Shown here piece by piece: positions 25,343 to 35,675 of a stretch of DNA of 64,000 nt (positions are counted from its first letter, which is position 1; every line of letters starts with the position of its first letter). The notes beneath the pieces are model-generated. The model saw only the letters and a list, made by a program, of their open reading frames with translations, made no database searches and was not told the origin of the DNA. The position numbers and the translations under genes were made by a program. This DNA is from Somniosus microcephalus (Eukaryota): positions 72,974,001 through 73,038,000 of the forward strand of contig CM126204.1 in the NCBI GenBank assembly GCA_052327205.1. Direction: 5' to 3'.

Positions 25343-25505
25343 AAAACTGAAAATGCTTGAAATACACAGGAAGACCATCAGCATCTGAAAGAGAAAAGAT
25401 AGATTCTTGTTTCTGCAAAGGGACTCCATCCGCCAGATGAACTCACCTTTTCTCTTTCAGATACTGGCAAAGCTGCTATTTACTTGCAGCATTTTCCAAT
25501 TTAAT
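25343..25505. repeat. Inverted pair of decayed Penelope-like pLTR fragments (hairpin)
   Basis: Perfect 16-bp inverted repeat ATCTGAAAGAGAAAAG (25383-25398) and CTTTTCTCTTTCAGAT (25447-25462), with outer arms AAAATGCT and AGCATTTT. The arms resemble 42413-42478. Confidence 0.65.
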
Positions 25506-26742
25506 TTAATATTGCCACCATTTCTGGTTTTACTTTTTACCTTGACAACCAACAGTTTCCATCAGTCCACGAACGAGAGTATTTTAACCTTAGGGCCACA
25601 GAAAGGAAGGGGGGGGTGGTGAGTCTCATCAAATTGATTCCCTTTTTGTGTACATCCTATCAGAATCTCAATTAGTTGTCATGATATGGAAATAAAATCA
25701 GTTCATCCTCTATGAAGGGTTATGGTGTCTTATTGCCATGCAGACCAGCTGTTAAAGGAACGGTTCTTGATTGGCTTCTCCCCTAGGTTTGTTCACGTCA
25801 AGCCTATTAAGATCAATTCCGATGAAAAGCCCTGCTGCGGTCAGTGCAGCATTCTGCATATTTTGTGACACCAGGTAGCCCCACATCACTAACTACAGCT
25901 CCCATGATGTGCTGTAATTCCCCACATGTTCAGCAACCTACACCTAGCCCCTTCTGAAGACATCACCATGCAGCCTTCAATTCTGAAGTGCATTATAATA
26001 GTCCCCGGTCAGCAGAAAAGTCCATCTGTTTTGGAAAAATAGGAAGACGTTAGGCTTTACTGATAGATGGGTTAAATCAACTGATTTAACTGATTTCCCT
26101 CCAGAGGTGATATTTTATTTATATGATAAAATGCTTGGAAAGTGATTAATTTGTCAAGGGAATGTCTTGTTACTGTAAATTTACTGAAACTGTAATAAGT
26201 GTATTGCTGCTACACAGATGGGGGAATGAAGAGGCAATGACTAATGAAGAGATGGAGATTCACAAAATGTTTTATCACGAGTTATTTAATTAAAAAAAAA
26301 TACTTTTTGGTTTTAATTCAGATAAGTATAGAATTAGGTATTAGCATTTTTAGCAAGGCCTTCAAAATATAGCATTCACTGCCTGTTTTGTCAAGTAGAT
26401 TAAGTTAATTCTACTGTCATTTGTAAAAGCTTCATTTAGCCACACACGAGAAGGATTGGCCATGCAAAATTGCTTCTAACCCTTTGCATTAGACATCTTG
26501 TACACAGTTGGTGGTGGGGGGTGGGGGGAAGGGAGTGTGCTGTGGGGTTACACATGGGTTAAGAAATAAATATAACAAATTTTTATCAAAAATATTTTTT
26601 TTTCAATGATCCGTAACAACATTTGGAGGAAGAGGAATATTATTTTATTTGTATACTATGTTATTCTATTACATAACCAAGACATGACACGTTCTACCAA
26701 AGCTTCTCCTAGAAAGGATGAGCAATTGTGCATTTTTTAAGA

Positions 26743-27954
26743 GAAAGAAAGAAAGACTTACATTTATATAGCACCCTATTATTATAGAATATAAAAATAG
26801 GGAGGTATTGCTTCAGTTGTACAAGGTATTGGTGAGACCGCACCTGGAATACTGCATACAGTTTTGGTGTCCATACTTAAGAAAAGACATACTTGCTCTC
26901 GAGTCAGTACAAAGAAGGTTCACTCGGTTAATCCTGGGGATGAGGGGATGGACCTATGAGGAGAGGTTGAGTAGATTGGGACTCTACTCATTGGAGTTCA
27001 GAAGAATGAGAGGCGATCTTATTGAAACATATAAGATTGTGAAGGGGTTGGATTGGGTGGATGCGGGGAGGATGTTCCCGATGATGGGTGAAACTAGAAC
27101 TAGGGGGCATAGTCTTAGAATAAGGGGCTGCTCTTTCAAAACTGAGATGAGGAGGAACTACTTCACTCAGAGGGTGGTAGGTCCATGGAATATGCTGCCC
27201 CAAAAAGCTGTAGAAGCTACATCATTACATAAATTTAAAACAGAAATAGACAGTTTCCTAGAAGTAAAGGGAATTAAGGGTTACGGGGAGCGGGCAGGAA
27301 TTTGGACATGAGTCTAGGTTCGGATCGGACATGGCCCTGTGGGTAGCGGAGCGGGCCCAGGGGCCGTGTAGCCTGATCCTGCTCCTATTTCGTGTGCCTA
27401 ATTCTGTTAGATTCAGGAGATGGTTCTGTGATAGTAGATTGGCGGTTAGGATCAGATCAGCCATGATCTTATTGAATGGCGGAGCAGGCTCGAGGGGCCG
27501 ATTGGCCTACTCCTGCTCCTATTTCTTATGTTCTTTCACGACCACCGGACATCCCAAATGAAGTACTTTTGGAGTGTGGTCACTGTTGTAATGTGGGAAA
27601 CGCAACAGCCAATTTGTGTACAGCAAGCTCCCATAAACAGCAATGTGATAACGACCAGATAATCCGTTATTTGTTATGTTGATTGAGGGAGGAATATTGG
27701 CCAGGACACCGGAGATAGCTCCACTGCTCTTCTTCGAAATAGTGCCTTGGGATCTTTTACATCCATCTGAGAGCAGGCGGAGCCTCGGTTTAACGTCTCA
27801 TCTGAAAGACGGCACCTCTGACAGTGCAGCACTCCCTCAGCACTGCACTGGAGTGTCAGCCTAGCTTTATGTGCTCAAGTCCCTGGAGTGGGACTTGAAC
27901 CCACAACCCTATGACTCAAAGGGAGTGTGCTACCCACTGAACCACAGCTGACAC
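26743..27954 (-). mobile_element. tRNA-derived Deu-domain SINE (SacSINE1-like) with L2-type tail, split by a CR1 insertion
   Basis: Minus-strand head GTGTCAGCTGTGGTTCAGTGGGTAGCAC (A box) and GGTTCAAGTCCC (B box) at about 27885-27954. The tail GGTGCTATATAAATGTAAG+(TCTT)n lies at 26743-26775. Contiguous across the insertion (GCACC|TTTCACG). Confidence 0.88.
26776..27534 (+). mobile_element. 5'-truncated CR1 LINE 3' end, sense to ESRRG, with doubled 3' terminal motif
   Basis: ORF 26808-27311 LQLYKVLVRPHLEYC...GIKGYGERAG* is the CR1 ORF2 C-terminus. Ends with CCTACTCCTGCTCCTATTTCTTATGTTCT. Confidence 0.93.
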
Positions 27955-28008
27955 TGTATAAACTGTAAACTAATAAGAGAGTATAAACTGAAGATCAGGA
28001 TTGTTAAT

Positions 28009-28150
28009 AAAGAAAGAAAAGAAACAACTAGCACCTTTCACATCCTAAGGACCAAAGCACTTCATAGCCAATGAATTATATTTTTAAGTGTAGCCACTGT
28101 TGTAATGTTGGCAAACATGGCAACCAATTTGCCCACAATGAGATAAATAA
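28009..28150 (-). mobile_element. Decayed 3' fragment of Deu-type SINE
   Basis: AAAGAAAG...TAGCACCTTTCAC...GCCAATGAA...AAGTGTAGCCACTGTTGTAATGT...CCAATTTG parallels 26743-26775 plus 27534-27620. Confidence 0.65.
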
Positions 28151-28236
28151 CCTGTTAGTAACCTGATACTACCAGAAAGATCAGAAAACTTTTGTTTATA
28201 AACTTTTCTAAAATTTCTATTTATTAAAAACCATCA

Positions 28237-28503
28237 ATAACCAAAGTAACATCAATAAAAAGTGACTGACTGACTGAACCACTTCTGTTCTCCACCAGGC
28301 TTCTGTTTTCCATCTGTCTCAACTCGGCATCTCCAACTGCATTAGGTCACCCTTCCTGCCTCCTTTTGCCATTTCCCTGTTGGCATGTTAAAAAAAAAAA
28401 AAAACTTACCTTCCGATGTGCCATCCTACCTGACCCTGGGCAAGTACAAAGACTTACAGGACCAAAATAATTGAGGCTGTATAACCAAAGTAACATTAAT
28501 AAA
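28237..28503. mobile_element. Unclassified insertion of about 220 bp flanked by a 23-bp direct repeat
   Basis: ATAACCAAAGTAACATCAATAAA (28237-28259) versus ATAACCAAAGTAACATTAATAAA (28481-28503), 22/23 identical. Confidence 0.7.
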
Positions 28504-31500
28504 GTATGTAACAAAATTGAGACAAGGACTTTAATATGTGGGGTGAGGATAGAAAGAATAGTCCACTATAAATGTGTAGACATGATTTAAATAGGCTGCA
28601 ATCTAACACTAATCTATTAAACTCACCATGAAAAATTTAGTTTGGATCTTAAAAATGTAATGCAATTACAGGAGACATATTTCACACTGCTTAAATTGAT
28701 ATGTATTAAAGTAAAAATCTAAAGTAGCTTGATAAGCTGACTGCTTTTTTTATACACTTCACCTACTACAAGGTTAAAGAGTTGCAGAATGTTGGTGTAA
28801 TTTTAAGCTGAGGTCTATTTGAATGTTATAGAATTTATATTTACAGAAAGTGCTGGAACTAAGGAAGAAATAAAACGAATCAAACTCTGTAGCAAGTAAT
28901 AGTGATCAAATTGTGAACTGGGATACAGTAAAACTTTGTATGTGGTGGGAAATATCCATTGTCCCACTTGATTTACAATAAAACCTAAACAGAACACCTG
29001 AACATCTCCTGTTAAAGTGAAACTACTACCCACTGAGTGCTGATTTCCACTGTTTAATTTAATCCATATAAGCAGTGGTATGTAATTGGAAATCTAGATC
29101 ATGCATCTTAATCATTTTAAAAACATACATTTGTGTTCAACTCCAGAAAACCATCTCACAGTTACAATCGCTTTTACAAAGTACGTTGTAAAATTTCAGC
29201 TCAGTCTGAGAACCTGAAGTAGCACCTTCTGTGGGTTACAAAATCTTTGAATCAATGTGGCTGGTGTTGTAATTTCAAAATGAGTGGCTGTTTATGGCAA
29301 CTGAACCAGAACTTGTTTCTTTTTCCCTTTTGTCAAATGGTCAATCTGTAGCACTCACTCAGTTAGCTCTGTGTGGAAGGAAACGCCTGAATATAAACCC
29401 TACTTATACAACCATTGGATATGGGCTACATGGATGGAACTCCAGCCAAATTGCACACTCCATCTTGTACTGGCATGAAAGCTACACTTTTTTTTATACA
29501 CACACAACATGCACATTTTTAGAAGTAGTTTCTTTCTCTGTTGTCTAAAGGGAAGAAAGTTCATGAAAGCATCTGTTTTAATGATTAACCTGTATTTTAG
29601 CTTTCCATATAGCTGTTGTTTCAAGTATGCTTTCATCTTCACCAACTTATGGCAGCCTAGAGATTTAACTGGACCTGGGGTTGATGTGTCGCATTAAGAA
29701 TTTACACTTTAAGCAGAGCCACTTCATTCAGATAAAGATCAGGAGTGGACTTCCCGAAACTGAATTGGACAGCAAGATTTTTTATAAACCTAAGTACAGT
29801 AATAGTAACATTTTGCTGTGACAACCTTGATGGCACTTGGAAAAAAAACCATTGCATGTTGCTGCAGAAATGTAATCAATTCTAATTTTATACCAAAATT
29901 TAAGATGTTGCCTGTTGCTTCTATGCATTAATTAACAGTGGGGCCTAGTTTATATTTTTAGTGACTGGACTGACCTGTGCTTGCAGCAGGTAATTCAGTA
30001 CAAACATAGTTCAGTGCCATTAGAATTAAAGTTGCTGCTCATGATGCCACAACACCCAGCCATCTTGGAAGATATGTGTTTAGAGATATTTTGTTTGTTT
30101 GTTTCCTACCAGTACCTTTATAACTCTAGTATTTTAATATTTGTCATCAGTGAGGATAAGTTTTTTTTATTCGTTCATGGGATGTGGGCGTCGCTGGCAA
30201 GGCCAGCATTTATTGCCCATCCCTAATTGACCTGGAGAAGGTGGTGGCAATTCTTGAACCGCTGCAGTCTGTGTGGTGAAGGTACTCCCACAGTACTGTT
30301 AGGGAGGGAGTTCCAGGAATTTGACCCAGCGACGATGAAGGAACAGCGATATACTTCCAAATCAGGATGGTGTGTGACTTGGAGGGGAACTTGGAGGTGG
30401 TGGTGTTCCTATGCGCCTGCTGCCCATGTCCTTCTAGGTGGTAGAGGTCGCGGGTTTGGGAGGTGCTGCCGAAGAAGCTGCTGCAGTGCATCTTGTAGAT
30501 GGTACACACTGCAGCCATGGTACGCTGGTAGTGGAGGGAGTGAATGTTTAAGGTGGTGGATGGGGTGCTAATCAAGTGGGCTGCTTTGTCCTGGATGGTG
30601 TCGAGCTTCTTGAGTGTTGTTGGAGCTGCACTCATCCAGGCAAGTGGAGAGTATTCCATCACATTCCTGACTTGTGCCTTGTAGATGGTGGAAAGGCTTT
30701 GGGGAGTCAGGAGGTGAGACACTCACCACAGAATACCTAGCCTTTGACCTGCTCTTCTTGCCACAGTATTTATGTGGCTGGTCCAGTTAAGTTTCTGGTC
30801 AATGGGATTCGGTGATGGTAATGCCGTTGAATGTCATGGGGCGGTGGTTAGGCTCTCGCTTGTTGGAGATAGTCATTGCCTGGCACTTGTGTGGTGCAAA
30901 TGTTACCACTTATCAGCCCAAGCTTGAATGTCATGCAGCTCTTGTTGCATGCGGGCATGGACTGATTCATTATCTGAGGAGTTGTGAATAGCATTGAACA
31001 CTCTGCAGTCATCAGCGAACATCCCCATTTCTGACCTTATGTTGGAGGGAAGGTCATTGATGAAGCAGCTGAAGATGGTTGAGCCTAGGACACTGCCCTG
31101 AGGAACTCCTACAGTGATGTCCTGGGGCTTTGATGATATGACTCCAGCCAGTGGAGAGTTTGCCCCCTGACTCCCATTGACTTCATAGAAACATAGAAAC
31201 ATAGAAGATAGGAGCAGGAGTAGGCCATTCGGCCCTTCGAGCCTGCTCCGCCATTCAATGTGATCATGGCTGATCATCCAAACCCAGTACCCTGTCCCCG
31301 CCTTTTCCCCATATCCCTTGATCCCTTCAGCCTCAAGAAACATATCCAACTCTTTCTTGAATATATTTAATGAACTGGCCTCCACCGCCCTCTGTGGCAG
31401 AGAATTCCACAGGTTCACCACTCTCTGGGTGAAGAAATTCCTCCTCATTTCAGTCCTAAATGGCTTACCCCTTATCCTTAGACTATGACCCCTGGTTCTG

Positions 31501-33439
31501 GACTCCCCGGCCATCAGAAACATCCTTCCTGCATCTAGTCTGTCCAGGCCTGACAGAATTTTATAGGTTTCGATGAGATCCCCTCTCAATCTTCTAAACT
31601 CCAGTGAGTATAAGCCCAATCGACACAATCTCTCCTCATACGTCATTCCTGCCATCCCAGGTATCAGCCTGGTGAATCTTCGCTGCACTCCTTCCATGGC
31701 AAGAACGTCCTTCCTCAGGTAAGGCGACCAAAACTGCACACAATACTCAAGATGTGGTCTCACCAAGGCCCTGTACAACTGCAGCAAGACATCCTTGTTC
31801 TTGTACTCGAACCCTCTTGCTACAAAGGCCAACATACCATTTGCCTTCTTAACCGCCTGCTGCACCTGCATGCTTACCTTCAGCGACTGGCGTACAAGAA
31901 CACCCAGGTCTCTTTGCACTTCCCCTTCTCCCAATCTATTGCCATTCAAATAATAATCTGCCTTCCTGTTTTTGCCACCAAAGTGGATAACCTCACATTT
32001 ATCCACATTATAGTGCATTTGCCATGTTTCTGCCCAATCACCCAACCTGTCCAAATCGTACTGGATTTTCCCGACATCCTCCTCGCAGCTTACCCTCCCG
32101 CCCAGCTTTGTGTCGTCTGCAAATTTGGAGATATTACATCCAATTCCCTCATCCAGATCATTAATATATATTGTGAACAGCTGGGGTCCTAGGACCGATC
32201 CTTGCGGTACCCCACTAGTCACTGCCTGCCACTCGGAAAACGACCCGTTTATTCCAACTCTTTGCTTTCTGTCCGCCAACCAGTTCTCTATCCAAGTCAA
32301 TACCTTGCCCCCAATCCCATGTGCCTTAATTTTGCACGCTAATCTCTTGTGTGGGACCTTATCGAAAGCCTTCTGAAAGTCCAAATACACCACATCCACT
32401 GGTTCTCCCTTATCTATTTTACCAGTTACATCCTCAAAAAATTCCAGTAGATTACTTTTGTAAATCCATGTTGACTTTGTCCGATCCTGTCACTGCTTTC
32501 CAAGTGCTCTGCTATTACATCTTTTATAATAGACTCTAGCATTTTCCCCACTACCGATGTCAGGCTTACCGGTCTATAATTCCCCGCTTTTTCTCTACCA
32601 CCTTTTTTGAATAGTGGGGTAACATTAGCTACCCTCCAATCCATGGGTACCGTTCCAGAGTCTATCGAGTTCTGGAAGATGATCAGTAGTGCATCTACTA
32701 TCTCTAGGGCCACTTCCTTAAGTACCCTGGGATGTAGACCATCAGGCCCTGGGGATTTATCGGCCTTCAGTCCCATCAATTTTCCTAACACCATTTTCCC
32801 ATAAATACTGATTTCTTTCAGTTCCTCGCTTTCATCAGACCCTATGTTCCCCAGCATCTCTGGGAGGTTATTTGTGTCCTCCTTTGTGAAGACAGAACCA
32901 AAGTATGCATTTAGTTGGTCTGCCATTTCCTTGTTTCCCATTATAAATTCCCCCGATTCTGACTGCAAGGGACCTACGCTTGACTTCACTAATCTTTTTC
33001 TCTTCACATATCTATAAAAGCTTTTACAGTCAGTTTTTATGTTCCCTGCTAGCTTACTCTCATATTCTATTTTCCCTTTCTTAATTAATCCCTTTGTCCT
33101 CCTTTGTTGACTCCTAAACTGCTCCCAATCCTCAGGATTATTGCTTTTTCTAGCCAATTTATATGTCCTCTCCTTGGATCTTATGCTATCCCTAATTTCC
33201 CTTGTTAGCCACGGTTGAGTCACCTTTTTTGTTTTATTTTTGCGCCAAACTGGGATGAACAAATTCTGTAGCTCATCCATTCGGTCTTTGAATGTTTGCC
33301 ATTGCCTATCCACCGTCAACCCTTTGAGCGCCATTCCCCACTCAATCCTGCCCAACTAGCTCCTCAGACCATCGTAGTTTCCTTTATGTAAATTGAGGAC
33401 CCTTGTCTCTGAGTCAACTACTTCATTCTCCATCTTAAT

Positions 33440-33809
33440 AGAAGATAGGAGCAGGAGTAGGCCATTCGGCCCTTTGAGCCTGCTCCGCCATTCAACGAGA
33501 TCATGGCTGATCATCCAAACCCCAGCACCCGGTCCCTACACCGACAGCCATCCCACCCAAGCCCTATCCCCGTAACCCCATAACCCCATGTATTTAATCC
33601 CCCCTAACACTAAGGGCCAATTTTTATCATGGCCAATCAACCTAACCCGCACATCTTTGGACTGTGGGAGGAAACCGGAGCACCCGGAGGAAACCCACGC
33701 AAACACGGGGAGAATGTGCAAACTCCACACAGACAGTCACCCGAGGCCGGATTTGAACCCGGGCCCCTGGCGCTGTGAGGCAACAGTGCTAACCACTATG
33801 CCACCGTGC
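33440..33809 (-). mobile_element. tRNA-derived V-SINE (HE1-like) with a CR1 3' tail
   Basis: Minus-strand head GCACGGTGGCATAGTGGTTAGCAC (A box) and GGTTCAAATCC (B box). V-domain TGTGGAGTTTGCACATTCTCCCCGTG...GGTTTCCTCCGGGTGCTCCGGTTTCCTCCCACAGTCCAAAGA. The last ~95 nt match the host CR1 3' end. Confidence 0.92.
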
Positions 33810-33913
33810 TGGAGGTTGGGGATGGCATTAAAAGGGAAATTAAAGAAGCGTGCAATAAGGGCACAGCAGTCATCATGGGTGACTTTAACCTACATATAGA
33901 TTGGGCCAACCAA
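33810..33913. repeat. 104-bp inverted duplication of 34106-34209
   Basis: Reverse complement of 34106-34209 with one mismatch by manual comparison. Confidence 0.95.
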
Positions 33914-34724
33914 GAAGAATTCGATCATATTATGATCGCTCCGACCCAAGGGGCCTCGTACAACAAGATTGCTAATTAATCCTTTCTCGTTGCATAATAC
34001 CCAGTCTAAGATGGCCTGATCTCTGGTTGGTTCCTCGACATATTGGTCCAGGAAACCATCCCGTAAACACTCCAGGAATTCCTCCTCCACAGTATTGTTA
34101 CTAATTTGGTTGGCCCAATCTATATGTAGGTTAAAGTCACCCATGATGATTGCTGTGCCCTTATTGCACGCTTCTTTAATTTCCCTTTTAATGCCATCCC
34201 CAACCTCCACCTTACTGTTTGGAGGTCTATATACCACTCCCACTAATGTTTTTTTCCCTTTAGTATTTCTCAATTCTACCCATACAGATTCCACATCATC
34301 AGAGCTAATATCCTTCATTACAATTGTATTAATCCCTTCTTTAACCAGTAATGCTACCCCACCTCCCTTTCCTTTTTGCCTATCTTTCCTGAATATCGAA
34401 TACCCCTGGATGTTGAGTTCCCAGTCTTGGCCATCCTTGAGCCACGTTTCTGTAATCCCAACCAAATCGTATTCGTTTACCTCTATTTGCGCAGCCAATT
34501 CATCCACCTTATTACAAATGCTCCTCGCATTAAGACACAAAGCCTTCAGGCTTTTTTTTTAACGCTCTTAGACCTATTAGAATTATTATTTACTGTGGCC
34601 ACGTTTGATTTAAACCGTTGATTTCTCTGACTGCCACTTTTGTTTTTCTCCTTCCTATCTTTTGCTTTTATCCCTGTTTTCCTTTCCTCTGTCTCCCTGT
34701 TCAGGTTCCCAACCCCCTGCCATT

Positions 34725-35675
34725 TTAGTTTAAACCCCCCCGAACAGTGCTAGCAAACCTCTCCGCAAGGATATTTATCCCGCTCTGGTTCAGGTGCAAC
34801 CCGTCCGACTTGTACAAGTCCCACCTTTCCCAGAAGCAGGCCCAGTGATCCAGGAAACTAAAGCCCTCCCTCCTGCACCAACTCCTTAGCCACGCATTCA
34901 TCTGCTCTATCCTCCTATTCCTATACTCACTAGCACGTGGCACCGGGAGTAATCCAGGGATTAGTACCTTTGAGGTCCTGCTCTTTAATCTGCTACCTAG
35001 CTCCCTAAGTTCTTGTTGCAGGACCTCATCCGTCTTCCTACCTATGTCGTTGGTCCCAATGTGAACCACAACCTCTGCCTGTTCCCCCTCCCCCTTCAGA
35101 ATGCCCTGCAGCTGTTCAGTGACATCCTTGACCCTGGCACCAGGGAGGCAACAAACCATCCTGGAGTCACGTCTACGGCCACAGAACCATCTATCTGTTC
35201 CCCTTACGATAGAATCCCCTACCACTATTGCTCTCCCACTCTTTTTCCTCCCTTCCTGAGCAGCAGCAACACCCCCGGCGCCAGGAAGTTGGCTGCTGCT
35301 GCCTTCCTCTGGTGAGTCATCCCCCTCAACAGTATCCAAATTGGTATACCTGTTTAAAAGGGGGACGGCCACAGGGGTCTCCTGCACTACCTGCCTGCTT
35401 CTACTGCTCCGCCTGGTGGTCACCCATTTCCCTCCTGCCTGTGCAGCCCTACCCTGCGGCGTGACCAACTCATCAAACGTGTAATCCACGACCCTCTCAG
35501 CATCGTGAATGCTCCACAACCCATCCATCCGCAGCTCCAGCGCCTCAATACGGCCCGTTAGTAGCTGCAGCTGGATGCATTTCCGGCACACGTGGTCATC
35601 AGGGACACTGGCAGCATCCCTGAATTCCCACATAGAGCAAGAGGGGCATAACACGGGGCTGGGCTCTCCTGGCAT
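34725..35675 (-). CDS. CR1 ORF1p, 316 aa: zinc-finger/leucine-zipper plus SGNH/GDSL esterase domain
   Basis: Uninterrupted ATG-to-stop ORF. CPSC...CRKC, heptad-like LQLLTGRIEALELRM, and esterase blocks GDSIVR, LPGA, HIGTND and DGLH. Confidence 0.9.
   Translation of the reverse strand: MPGEPSPVLCPSCSMWEFRDAASVPDDHVCRKCIQLQLLTGRIEALELRMDGLWSIHDAERVVDYTFDELVTPQGRAAQAGGKWVTTRRSSRSRQVVQETPVAVPLLNRYTNLDTVEGDDSPEEGSSSQLPGAGGVAAAQEGRKKSGRAIVVGDSIVRGTDRWFCGRRRDSRMVCCLPGARVKDVTEQLQGILKGEGEQAEVVVHIGTNDIGRKTDEVLQQELRELGSRLKSRTSKVLIPGLLPVPRASEYRNRRIEQMNAWLRSWCRREGFSFLDHWACFWERWDLYKSDGLHLNQSGINILAERFASTVRGGLN

Larger units (their letters stand above)
31284..34600 (-). pseudogene. CR1 ORF2 (AP endonuclease-reverse transcriptase), inactivated
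   Basis: APE motifs (LNARSI, GITETW, GGGVAL, VYRPP, MGDFN, SDHN) and RT motifs ([39 protein letters not shown]). Broken by the insertion at 33440-33913 and by a frameshifting deletion near 32455 (QHGFTK lacks the usual GKSCLT before NLLEF). Confidence 0.9.

Noticed and set aside
27885-27954. tRNA-like sequences, also at 33740-33809 and 63560-63646
   Set aside because: They are SINE heads joined to SINE bodies, not tRNA genes.
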